DNA of 62,378 bases, filler included, from Choristocarpus tenellus KU-1152 (Eukaryota > Protista > Phaeophyceae), in the NCBI GenBank assembly GCA_964200185.2. It is 9 parts of 9 records of this genome, joined end to end, with 100 filler letters (N's around TTAATTAATTAA, not from the genome) between each part and the next. Parts side by side here need not be neighbours in the genome. Positions count along the whole stretch, not along the records: positions 17,115 to 34,177 come from CAXNAD020000728.1; positions 34,278 to 38,475 come from CAXNAD020015739.1; positions 38,576 to 47,810 come from CAXNAD020003854.1; 6 more parts are not named here. One strand, written 5' to 3'. The notes beneath the pieces are model-generated. The model was not told the DNA's origin. It did no database searches and saw only the letters and a list, made by a program, of their open reading frames with translations. The position numbers were made by a program, and so were the translations under genes. Of this stretch, positions 26,350 to 39,177 are shown one piece after another. Each line of letters begins with the position of its first letter. The stretch's first letter is position 1.

Positions 26350-28780
26350 GGAGTAGGAATTTGTGATGGTGGGAGTGGAGCTCCAGATAGCTGACCTGGT
26401 GGAGTGTTCAACTCACACAATAATGTAACAGAACTTCAAGTACTCCAGTTTTGAGCACTCAAAGCTCAAGCTCGAGCGAAACATCTGAGGTCCTGTCATA
26501 GAGAACTTGGCTACATTTGTGAAAATAGTTCCAAATTTTCTGAATTCTCCCGTTGATCTCAGCAGTAATAATAGCATTGTCACTGATGGTTCCCCCAAGA
26601 TAAACCCTATCAGTCTCCTTGTAGGTCTGGTTCAGTACCTGAATATTCATCGTTTCAGTATCTCGATTAGGAGGGCAAAGACACATAGTCTCCATCCTTG
26701 AATGCTGATACAGTCAGACCGAATGGTATTGATACCTTCACAAGTGCTGTTGTATCCTGACCAAACCTCCTTGGGTCTCTCGAAGACAATATCTGCATCA
26801 TCAGCATAAGAGCCAAAGTATCTTAGAGGGTAGGACCGTGTCCATTTGGGGATTAAAATTCAATGTTGCGATTTTGATGCAATTTTGGCTATTGTGTTCA
26901 TTAGGAAGTTTCAATATCCTTGTTCCAGACACATCATTTCATAACGTAAACATTTTACCTACTCCGAAATATTTTTGGGTAGGAAAATATAATAAAAAAC
27001 CCCATGGGAAGCCAAGCCCCAAATGAACAAACAGGGAAAAACTCGTACCCTCTAAGATACTTTCGCTCTAAAGCACATCCCACAAACGTTACTCAAGTGT
27101 CGTCCCACTCTCTGGTCCTCCTCCTCCTGAACAGATTGGGTTGTCTGTGGTCGCTCTCTCAACAATGACAATGAATTCACTGGGGATGACTGGGTCAGAG
27201 GTGCTCCTTACACGCTTAGCACTGCAGTGAAGAGGATATTGAGAAGATCAAAAAAAGAGACACCCCTGCGGAAGGTCCTGTCCAACCTCAAACCTGCCTG
27301 TCCACTCACCGTTATCCATGCAAACATCCATGCCCTCATACCATTACAGAATTGATGGATGGTAGAGATGCTCTTCGGAAGTGTGCCAAATTGGGCAGTG
27401 CAACCCACAGGAGGGCACAATCACAGAGTTTTATGCTTTATATAGATCAATAAAACACATGAAGAAGGGTACATGCTTTTCCCGACCAAGTTCTTGGAGG
27501 GCACGCATAGTGTAATCATGTTCACCGTAGGGCGTTGTTGCTGAGCACCAAACTGTTCATCATGAAAGATGTTCCTTCATTCCAGGTAATCCCCCAACCA
27601 ACCGCCGTGCAACAACTTTGAGGAGACTTGCCAGCATGTACAACCAATGAGATGCCTCTATAGTTGCCATAATCAGTCAGTACGGTCCTCCTTCTTATAG
27701 AGTACGGTGATGACGCCATCTTTCCAGACCTGTGGCACGCCTTCCTGGTTCCACAAAGCCAACAAAATCTTATCGAAAACCTGGAGGATAGCCACTTCCT
27801 ACTATATATATAGTCCAAGCTAAGGAGCTCAATTGTAAGATTGTCGGGATCCACACCATTGCTTGGAGTGCTTAGCCACTTCCGTCATTGCTGGAGTAGT
27901 AGTAGGGAGGATCATGGATGTGGGTTGTTGATTGAGGGCTTGAGCACTATGGGGGTTGAGATGAACAGACTTGACTTTAAGAAGCATTGTGAAGTACCTC
28001 CTCCACCATTCCATGATGATGGATACATACTCCCTGAGTAATCATCCAGAATCGTCACAGAGGTGCTGAGAGGCACTCTCTCTGGTTCTCTCGACATCGA
28101 AGCCTCTCAGATGTTGTCATAAACTAGCTTGGTCCCCACCGCAAATGAGGTCTTCCATCTACCCGGTTTATGTGTCAAGAAACTCCTGCAGGGCAGGCAC
28201 CCTCAACTGTTTGAGTTGTTTGCCAGCCTTCTTTAACGCCTAGTTGAAAGTGCATTTCCGCAGTCTGTCCGGAGTTGTTTCCATATCCTTTCCCGTTCCT
28301 CCCACCCGTTCCTCTCACGCTTCCAGGAAGTTTGCTTGGGCTTGGTCACTAGCACACCACCCTCTCGGCAGTACCCTACGTGAAGGAGGCGAAAGAACTT
28401 TTGGGGCAGCGTCCAAAAAGTGGACTGTGCATTAAGATGCTAAGTTGTTGACATTAGTAGGTACATCAGGTGTATCTCTGGGTAACACAGGCTCTGATAC
28501 TGTGAGTATTTACTTAATCAGTAGCCATGGTTGCTAGTTCGGACCTGATCGGTGGCTTAGACACCAGGGATTGTTGGTTTATGAATATTCGCCCCTTGCC
28601 ACCCGGTTACACCCTATGATTGGGAGCAAAACAATGGAGGAGACGGACCAATACCAATACGATACGATGATACCACTCAGCTGTAAACGCTGAGGGCACT
28701 TTAACGCTTGGAACGAGGCGGTGACAGCTTGATGTGCAAGGACATAATGCAGACGAAGATGCTCCAATTTCCCCTGACAA
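26350..28780 (-). mobile_element. Degenerate RTE-like LINE (reverse transcriptase pseudogene)
   Basis: Fragments TDYGNYRGISLVVHAGK, HQFCNGMRA, LLNILFTAVL, VLYADDA, VYLGGTISDNA..TAEINGRIQK across frameshifts; boundaries approximate. Confidence 0.82.
26810..27068 (+). mobile_element. MITE family A copy inserted in LINE reverse transcriptase
   Basis: GAGCCAAAGTATCTTAGAGGG...CCCTCTAAGATACTTTCGCTC; 3-bp duplication TAA; removal restores WDVLYADDA on the minus strand. Confidence 0.9.
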
Positions 28781-31700
28781 CCGAAGTGAATATGGAACCC
28801 TTTCCCCTCGGTTACACTGGGCGTGGTGACATGTGCAAGTTGTTCATTGCTTCAAAAATCGCACAATATACAGGCGGTCACTGGTGTTGATATTCAACTC
28901 ATCTCGTCCATATGACCCAAGAATCCTGCTGTACTGACTCCCTCCTCCTTCACCCCTCTTTCCAGTGCGAGTATCTATCCAACAGATAACGAGCTTATGC
29001 TCAGGAAAGTCTGTTGTACCACTGTGTGGAACTTCTCCCAGAAATACATCCTTGGCTGGCTCTAAGGCCTCTTGTGTCGGGGGCATATCCCACAACGAAG
29101 GCAATCTGAGTGGAACTGCTAGTTATCATCAGTCAGATCTTACATAATCTATTCATCAAGGAGGGATATCTATGTGATGGGTGACTTGTTGAGGATTGAT
29201 TCGTTCCATCCTTAAATCTACTTCATATTTACACTTACGATCTCGGCAACCATGTACCTCCAACCACACAAGTCAAGGGAAGAAATTTGATCTTTTCAAT
29301 ACTGCTCTCAGTGTAATAGTTATCCATTTTCTATTAAGTGTAAGGTGAGATGCAAGATCTTTCTCTCATAATTATTTAATTTGATAAAAAAAGGAATGGT
29401 TGCTTTATCGTATCATTTGTGGCGCATTAATTACAGATCTTGTCAGGGTGAAACTTCCATCCATACTTTTTCTTGTAAACCTATAATATGTACTAATACT
29501 AAATATTATACAAACCATACAAGCCACAAATCATAGATTCTCTGGAGGTGAATTTTCACACACTCAAGTTAATAGAATAAGTTGAATATAGAGAAGTAAA
29601 AAGTGAAAAAGGTTTAGGAAGCGAATGAAACGCATCTATGGTTCGTTTATACCACCCAGAATAATCAACAAGGCTTGAAGGATGAATGAGAGAGGAGGAT
29701 CTCCACTTCAAATCAGAGACACCACCAGTAAACCTTATGTTTTTATGAAAAACCTCGAGGATTATTCCAAGCAACACCCCTCCAACCCACAAAGGGTCCT
29801 CATCATAAGGTTTACTGGATCAAGTGACTAAGTATGGTGCAGTTTGCCAAGTATCTTGCTACCCGAAGGAAAGTGGAGTACGAGGACTTCTATCTCGACT
29901 ACAAGGTGAATATGCTTTCTACACACGGTTGATTCTTCTGGTGATGTCCTGTCTAAGATCGAATTGATAATGAGAGGAGAGGTTCGTCTATATATGGCAT
30001 TCAGGTACTAAAAACGTCGTGCAACCCTCATGAAACTGTTCCCTTTACACCTTTCCGCGGACGTCCACGACTTGATTTATAACACCATGTCAGTTTTATG
30101 GTGGTTCGAACATAGATATCGCGATAGGGAATGAGTGAAATAAGGCTGAGCTTGTTCACCTTATTGTTTTTCTACGATGTTATAGGCAATATTTTGTGTG
30201 TGATGTTGCGTGCAGGTGTGTCTCCAAGTAAGCCCAAAATATAGGATAAAGATCACGAAGAAGGGCAACCCATCCCACGTCCGTTGCGGACAAAACAGTG
30301 TGTCTCGCTGTTGGCAAGTGTTTGATTGGAACTCCAAGTTTCAACATCCCACGTAGGACACAACGCTCCACTCTCCCCAAGCCTGCACTTCGCCTCCCAA
30401 TAGCTATAGAGTACTTAGCGCCACCAAGTCAAGTTCATACCAAACACAACCAACAAGAGGAACGAGAAACGTTCATAGTATTCCTCGTCCTAAATATCTA
30501 CATAAACAGGGTCTGAAGAAGAAGCTCAACATTGTGAAGGAGGCCCACAACAGCAGGTCAGAAACCCTCACGTCTATTCTAGCTCCTCCGATGGGCTCTT
30601 GGGGCGCATCCCCCGTCAGTTCAAGGGTAGTAGAAGCAAAATCTGATATCGAATGTTTGGAGAAAGCATTTCGGCTGGCGATGGACCACGAGGTGATGAG
30701 CGGAGGTGTGAGTGACGTCTTACCTGAAGGTTACTAACACAAATCTTTTGTTCATACCGACAGGTGACGATCTTGAATGTCAACTATTCTACTATAACGC
30801 TTTGTTCACAACCTACACAATGCACTCGTCCTGATCCCAATTCCACTGATCCTACAGTATTTCGCCTGTATGTACTTTGTCCCCCAACCCCTTTGCCAGG
30901 TAGAGAAAGTTGTGCTATACGTATTGAGAAAACAGGGTGAGCTTGCTACAAAGTTGCTGGATGGAGTCATGTCAGGAGACAGCAACGGGGTACATGACAG
31001 AGCGGACTCTAAGACCAAGAGAGAAGTCTACGAATTCATTGCAAGGGAGACAATTGACCTCTTTACCTTCATTCAGCTTAATGGTAAGCCTTGGCTTGAT
31101 GTCGCGAGGGCAGTGCTGGCATTTGCCAGGCATATTTTCAAGAGAATTGTTGTGTGTGAGAGAGAACTTACTATGGTATGTGAAAAGTATGAATTCAAGC
31201 TGGTCGAGACCCTGCTGTTGTCGCTGGGGTCGTTTCCAATTAGTGGGGGGACACCTTCCTTTTTTGAGTTGGGTAGTTCTTGGGCAATGGTAGGGTTTTC
31301 TGGGTCTGGTGTAGGCTGTTAGGCACAGCCCAGAAGAACTATGGTATGGGGAAACGAATAGAGCTTACCTTAAAATCCTGAAGGGATTCTTATATTTTGC
31401 TGGCACGAATTATTATTTGGTTTCTCTCTTGCTTTTTCATACCTCACAAAAAAGTCAAACCTTTGATCCTTTGTATCCGTCCTTGGCTAATTGTGCTTTG
31501 TGTTTGAGGGGCAGTGTCTGGTGTTCGTAAGATCTTGAAGAAACATGACAAACAGGTCCGGGGCATCAGCAAGTACTACTTGGCCACCCGTGGTACAGCA
31601 AAGTACTCCATTTTGCAGCACCTCTCCCACAGCAAGGGCATAAAGGCACTAATCAGGAGCTTGGGAAAGTGAGTGCTACTTTTGGTGAGGTCAAAAGGTG

Positions 31701-34338
31701 TCATAAATATGTATCCCCTCATAGTCTCCTTTGGGCTATGTATATCGGTATGGAAGGTTATGGGGGTCATAGGGGTGATACTGATATGGAAACCTTGCCT
31801 ATTTATCTTGTGTTAAAGGTATTGCCCACTTTGGGAATTGATTTTGGTGTAGAAGGTAGAATGTGAGCTTGATCAGTCTGCACCTGGTGTTGGGTGCATC
31901 AGGTAGATGCAAATGTAGATGCAGGATGTGGGAACAGGTGGACGAGTAGCATTGGGCTTCCAACTTTTGAAATTTTGTAGAACCCAACTAACGAAAGAGG
32001 AGTATTTGTCTGGAACCAGGGCCCAAAGTATCTTGACAAGATTTGATTTACAAATCCTCACCTTCCACGTTGGTCTTGCTGGGAACTTCCATATCCTGTG
32101 CTTGAACAACAGTGCCTTTGATGCCTTGGACTGCCCATCACCCAACCATTTGGGGGCAGGGCTTTTACTACCTCGTGGGAAAGGAATGGTGAGCTGTCTG
32201 CTGGATGGAAAACATGCAGATGATGTGATAGAGCAAGATGAGACGGGGATGTTGGAGAGTGAGAAGTTGATGCAGAGGGTAGTGACAGCACAGAAGAACA
32301 TGGAAGAGGCGCAGAGGATCACATTCAAGGACCACCTTCAGCTCAGTGACATTATGCTTGAAGGAGGTAGGTGGAAATGGGGGCAGAAGGATGTGTTGGC
32401 ATCGATCTTTTGTGTGTGTTAAAGAGGGTCCATTCATGGGGCTCGGGAGGAGAAATAGGTGATATTGTTGTGGCTGTCACTAAAAATGACTCTTCAATAT
32501 GAGAGGGACTTGAGAGATAGGGAGGGAGACTAAAGGTTTCACTTTTTTCGAGTTCTTTTCGGCAGGAACATGAGGGGGAGACAGGACGACTAGATAGTGT
32601 ATGGTCTGCGGCATAAAATAAATAATCATACTAATGATGAGGATTAAATAGCCGGTGAGTATAAATATGCTAGGTAGACTTGAGATGTTTCGATGCATTT
32701 GACTAGAATCGAAATGTGCACCTATGGTACAATGTGAGGCTCGTGAAATATTTTGGAACTACAACAGATATTTTACCAGAGTGTACAGTGTGCATATATA
32801 CAAGGGAAAAACATCAAATCAAGTCAAACCCTACAATTTCGATGGTAACTCTTCAATTTATTGTATGGTAGCTATTTGTGAGTCCAAAGAATACCCACAT
32901 TCGCCAGGAAGGTTCCTGGTGAATTGTAGTATTCCCCATTGATACGATTATGTGCGACTCTTTTGATCCGCCCCATGCCAATGTTTAAAATATACCTCTT
33001 GATGTATTAATGGGAATTTTGACTCTTTAGTGGGGTGATTTATGACAGGGTAGAAAAAGTACATGGAAATATCATACCTGGGGTGCTGGAGTTTGCAGGG
33101 GCCTACTGCCATCAAGATTAGGTGTTTTCAAGGGCTAACAGGTTCATTTATTGGAGCCTTGCCTATGACAATGTTGGATTGATGACAGTTGTTGGATCCA
33201 GATATTGTACGTTTGAAAGGAAAGTAAAACTAGAGAAGGTTGGCCCACATGGAGGTGGGTACGAAGTCATCTCTGAAGGGGTCATAAAATCCTACACCAG
33301 AAATACAAACCAGTTAATCAAGTTATGTGGAGAGGTTGAAGGTGAAAGTTGAAGAATCGATGTTATTTATGGTTTTGAATTTGAATCAGAGGTGGATGTT
33401 GAGTTTTGCACACGATCAGCAACGTAATCCATGTGTTACTTTCATTTTCATGTGATAAAGTGGTGTATAGGGTTGGATGTTTGGGAAGTCAGGCTGAGTT
33501 GTTGTTGAACAATTTGCTTGGGTGAGGGTGTACTTGCATTGCTCCACGGAAGTTGTTATGTGGTCTTCGTCCTCGCTTGGGTTGATGATGTAGGTTCGTT
33601 GAACTTGATGACCTTCCACAGTTAGATGTACAATGTAAAGTAGTACAGGTTGATTGGATTGAGTGGGGAACAACAATCTGAAATTCCGGCACTCGGCACA
33701 TGGGATCGTTTGTTCTTCTAATGTGTAAGCAGTGGAGACCTCTGCCCGTAGCTAAGTTGTTAAGGAGGAAAGGTAAGGATCTAAGAACGTGAAGCAAATG
33801 CACTCTTGCAAACACCGAAAACGCTATCAACACGGTGGAACTATGGTTTGATCTGGGCCAGAAAGATATTGGATGGTTGTGGGCCTGGTCGTCCTGTGAA
33901 CCATCATCTCATGATCACAGGATACACCAAATGAGTTCAAGTCTCTGTTGTCTCTCCACTCTTTTTTCTAATGAATCATATTTTAGATGTAACTGCTAAT
34001 ATTCGTTGACTGTCTACAGTAAGCAATAGGTTATATTGTCTAGACACTTTCCTACAGTATTTTGTCAACCAGTCTCTCACACCTTCTCTCGACGTTCTTT
34101 ATGTGAGCAATTTTTCATCTCGAGTCTCATGGTGCCCTCTCGTCTCTTCTTCCAACCCCTGTACCCTCCTCCCCCCCNNNNNNNNNNNNNNNNNNNNNNN
34201 NNNNNNNNNNNNNNNNNNNNNTTAATTAATTAANNNNNNNNNNNNNNNNNNNNNNNNNNNNNNNNNNNNNNNNNNNNCTGAGGGGACGGGAGGTCAGCTG
34301 TGTGTTCTTCCGATCTGTGGAGGGGGGGGGGGGGATAC

Positions 34339-37300
34339 CTTCATTGCTGTCATGTACGTACTCTCAGACAGGGGCACCCCAACAACATGCATCTCCTTGA
34401 GGAGGGCCAAGCTCCTCTGCCAATGCCCTGCAGTGGCACAGGCCTTGAGACACATTATATAACACCCCTCCCCAGGTGGAGTTCCTGATCGATCCATCTG
34501 CTCCTTCACTGCCAGAGCAAGCTCCCACTTTCCGGCTTTTCCACAAGCCCTGGACAAGCAGTCATCGATTAATTGCAGTTAATAATCAGGTTATAATTTA
34601 ATCGGTGCATTAGGGTTAAGGCTGGGGCCAGCAAGCCATTGTATTAGATGATAGTGTTGGCAGTATTCGGTGGGAAGGGGGTTGTGAAGGACCTCCTGTG
34701 GCAGACTGTCATCTACAACACCACAAGCGGGGTGTCGTAAAGACTTGTAAGGCGTTAATATTGTTAAGCTGGAGACAAGGGGGTGGGGGGTCATGACGGC
34801 GCTTGAGATTCCTCTCCCTAGTATCTACACCATGTTTGTAGTGCTCGTCTAGAGGCGTAGTAGCGTCATGTAACTACAAACAACTTGTAGGTAATGAAAC
34901 AAGTGGAGCATGCCATGCATCGGATCCTCTTTGCCTTGAGCGCCGTAGGCTGTTGTGATCATTGTGATAATTATGATCATGGTGCTCTTTCCTTCCAATA
35001 CGTGAAAAGGTGCTAATAGGCGTAAAATAAACAATATTGTCGTACACTCAATGCAGCAGACAATCTAACAGGCATAAAATAAACAATATTGTCGCACACT
35101 CAATGCAGCAGACAATCTAACAGGCATAAAATAAACAATATTGTTGCACACTCAATGCAGCAGACAATCTAACAGGCGTAAAATAAACAATATTGTCGTA
35201 CACTCAATGCAGCAGACAATCTAACAGGCATAAAATAAACAATATTGTCGTACACTCAATGCAGCAGACAATCCGCGAGTTAGCATCGTGACTAGCCAGT
35301 CGGTGCATCAGCCAACCAGCACATTTGCTATTCAGCTTAACAGCTAAATGTGCCACTACTACTAGGTGTAAGAACCTAGTAGTATCTGGACAAAGAAAGC
35401 CGTTAGTTTCCTTCAAAATATACATCCGGTCGGTCAGCTTTCCCATTTGGTATCAGAGGGATTGAACAAAAATCGGACAAGTACTGACTCTATTCCTTGA
35501 CTCAACTCAGCTGCCATTCAGCTAATCCTACGGTCTTACAGGAGATATTGTGCACGGGTCCTGTTCAACATAGACAGTTAGTTGTTCACTCAATCCAAAT
35601 CCGCTGTCTGCTATCTCAATAACTTGGACATGGTAGGTGTGAAGAGCCACTCGGTACCCTCCTTCAAACAGGTCCTTAAGCTAAGTGCGATGGGTGGGTA
35701 GAGAACATCGCACCACAGTGATTGATCTGACTGAACTAATTTTGTGGTCCATCAGGTCACATCTGTTGTGGTCCTACAATACAAGGGGGGAGAGACATGG
35801 ACAAGGGTGATGTGATGTGATCCGCTTGCTTGATCCAGCGCAGCTACCTGCTGCTATTGACACCTGTTGGCGCATGCCACTGTCATAATGGCATTCGAAA
35901 ACGAGATTACAGACAGGAGCAGACCAAAAGTCTTCTATATATTTTTTTTCACACTTTTCCGTCGGATCTTGCTGTTGGATGTTGCAAATAAGAATAAAAA
36001 ACGAGACCAACAACATACACATTCCATTGGCTGGATCCGGGGCATAGGTTCGTCTCATTGGTCGGCACGCTTTTGCTTTTCGATGTAGCTCCACTCCCTC
36101 CTTGACTTTATCACTGATAAGTTCCCTCAATAATATATAATACCGCTACATAATCCTTTATCAACATCGTGCAAAATCAAAAGTGTACTCTTACTTCAAC
36201 TCAAAACCGTCTTTTAAAACTCACAACATACACCACCACAGCCGCTTGGTCTCACACCCTTTCATCAAAAACAGCAAAGTCGAGAACGCCTCTTCCACAA
36301 TCTCTTTTTGGCGTCCTCACATCCTTAGTCAACCACAATAAAGCACTCCCAACAACAGAGACCTCACCCCAAAACGATCAGGGGAAGGAAGCTGACTGAC
36401 TAGCATACTGACCGGCATACTGGCTTTGGTATCTGATTAGGGTTAGGGTTAGGGTTAGGGTCTAAGCGCACGCACGTACAAGTAGAACATGGAAAACAAA
36501 ACAAAAAAAGTCGAGTGCGGTACAGGCATGTAATTGCAGCGTAAGAAGGTGGCCGGGGAGGGGAGGGGAGGGGGAGGGGAGTCTGACGAGAGCTACAACT
36601 ATGTGCACAGGATTGGTTCTTCTGGCACTACTTGAAGGGACTTAATGCACTAGTACGTCAGCAAATTGGGGACAAGCGGGTTGAGTTGGTGTTGACAGCA
36701 AATGGGTGTAAGATGATGCGCACTGATGCAGAGTCGATGATTTGCTTCCATGCCTGTTGTAAGAAAGTCGTTCATAGATCAAGGGGGTCAGGGGGTCGGT
36801 CAGGGTTGTAATTCCGAGAATACGTTTCCAACAACTGTTGGTTGTTTTGACATGGAATATCGTCAGCCTCAAGGAAGAATAGAGGACACAAAACCCCTGA
36901 AGGTATGGACTGATGATATATTCATGGCATAAACACCTAGACAATCGTAGGGACATAGCACAAGCCCGATTTTCAAACCCAACAGAATACTGCCCACGGT
37001 GAGATTTCAACAAAGATGGAGTAGTTCTCATCTCTGGTCCCTTCACCCAAGAATAGTGACACTTCAGCATGTACTACCTACATGTCCCTAGTTGCTTACG
37101 TTCCGGATGTCTGAAAGAGGCTCTATAATTGTGATCTCTGTACATCCAATACATCCAATACATAGAATTAGAACATACACGCTCAAGTTTGCATAGACAT
37201 GGCTGCAAAAATATTTGCCTTTTGAGTTGCCCAACACTTTCCCAAGGTGAAAGAACTCCCCCCATTATAAAAAAAAGTATATTTTGAGGGCATACATTCT

Positions 37301-38448
37301 AACAGGTGATATCGTGAGTAAAAGTCACAGGTTTCTACACCACAGTGCATGCATGATGCGCAGAAATGGCGTTGGTGCACCAAGGATCGCAATATCACAT
37401 ACTTACTAGAACACCTTCCCAGGATGCAAATTGTGATCCAAGATGCATCACTTTACACCCTGGCCAAGCTGGATGAGTGATATCATGCCAAGCAAAAATA
37501 CTCCCCTTGAATTTTTAAACCTCAGCATAACTAATTGTGTGTCTTCCAGCTCAGCTCTATCAACCAACGCACCTCAGAGCAGAAGTAATGCAAAGTGAGC
37601 ATATTGTGCTCATAACAACACACCACTTCACATACTATGCCTATGCCTGCATAGATAACTAAACTGCCACAGTGTGCGCTAGGCCTTTCAGCTAACTGAG
37701 AGCCCCAATCCACCCGGCACTATGAATGCAATACAAGCTCTTACCAAATCGAATCTACCACCCCCTGCTGTATATCAATAGCGGTATAAACACTACTTAT
37801 TATTAATATTGTTGTGTATATGCGTCACAAACACTCTCTTAGCTCTCTTGCTCTGTCCTGCAGCATATACACACCCTCACGCACACGCAAAAAAGTGATT
37901 AACATTTCTGTCCTACTCACTGCGGCCTGCATGCATGTTGATTTCAAAATCGACCCCCTATTTGTTGCAGTAACAATGTACATCATGGTACCAACACATA
38001 CATACCCTTCAAACCACACAAACACATACTATGTAGCACTAACTTGTCCCTAAAGCCATACCTACAGCAAGGGTGTAGAGCAGACAATACCAACCCTCCA
38101 TTATCATCAGCTACTTCACCTCATGGCGCAAGCATACTCTGCCTGCTTGATCGTGAAACCCCTCTCTTGCATACCATCCAGCAAAGCCATGGCTCCTTTC
38201 CAGTCCTTCTTGTTTGCAGCTCTCTTCAGGGCATCCCTAAACTCAGATGCCTTCGAGCACATCACCCCTCTTTCGATCATCTGCTCCCCCTGCCTATGAT
38301 CTAACTGCAATAATGCCTCCCCATCAGTGTCCAAAACTCCACTCCTTGAAGCATCTTGTGATGAACTAGGACGCTCTCCTTCTCCTCTCTCCCTCCCCCA
38401 CTCCCTCCCACCCTCATCTTTATAACCCCCAAATGGATTAATGGCCAA
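34339..38448 (-). CDS. Pentatricopeptide repeat (PPR) protein, partial; exons ~38448-38120 and 34549-34339
   Basis: Donor ATGAG|GTGAAG at 38119 joins acceptor CCAG|GGCT at 34549 in frame, giving KDWKGAMALLDGMQERGFTIKQAEYACAMRACGKAGKWELALAVKEQMDRSGTPPGEGCYIMCLKACATAGHWQRSLALLKEMHVVGVPLSESTYMTAMK, i.e. tandem 35-aa PPR motifs; 3.57-kb intron; 5' boundary of the upstream exon uncertain. Confidence 0.88.
35014..35273. repeat. 52-bp minisatellite x5 in PPR intron
   Basis: TAACAGGCATAAAATAAACAATATTGTCGTACACTCAATGCAGCAGACAATC starting at 35014, 35066, 35118, 35170, 35222. Confidence 0.97.
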
Positions 38449-39177
38449 ATCTATCTAATGTTAAGCCCCTCCAATNNNNNNNNNNNNNNNNNNNNNNNNN
38501 NNNNNNNNNNNNNNNNNNNTTAATTAATTAANNNNNNNNNNNNNNNNNNNNNNNNNNNNNNNNNNNNNNNNNNNNCCAAAAAATCCCACAAGAAAATATT
38601 GGCCCCCAAATTAACAACGCCCACCCCCCCCGGGTTAAAAAACGGCCCCCACCCCCCCCCCCCCCCCCAGATACTTTGACTCCTAATCCTAACCCCGACC
38701 TTGGTGCACCTAACTCTAATCCTAACCCTGACGTTGCTGCACCTAACCCTAACCCTAACCCTAACCCTAACCTTGCTGCAACTAACCCTATCCCTAAGCA
38801 TAAAATGAATTATGTACCAATACTTACCTCTACCTAACACACCTTCATCCTCTTTTTTTTTCAAATCTGATTTATTTCATCATTTTAATTGTTCCAAAAT
38901 TGCAGCATCTGTTCCAAAAATGTTCCATAATCTGTTAGGTCTCAATACAAAAAACACCTGCTTATCACCTACATCTAACAAGAGTCGGACTGAAAAATAA
39001 ATCTTGTTTTCATGCTGAATTTTGTTATATTTTTTCTCCTATATTTATATTTTTATAATTTTTAAAATATTTTTGAAAAAAAAGTCTTGTTTTCATGCTG
39101 ACTTTTTATCTTTTTTTCGCCTGTATTTACATATTTTTAAAATATATATATATATATATATAATTTTTATTTTGAAG

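Noticed and set aside
35014-35273. Regular repeats as a possible CRISPR array (also 16007-16280 and 42300-42632)
   Set aside because: Units are tandem without unique spacers or are too degenerate; no cas genes; eukaryotic intron context
38683-38790. CCCTAA tract near a contig start as a true telomere
   Set aside because: Short, degenerate, preceded by a MITE end and located within the gene's intronic region; many similar interstitial tracts exist
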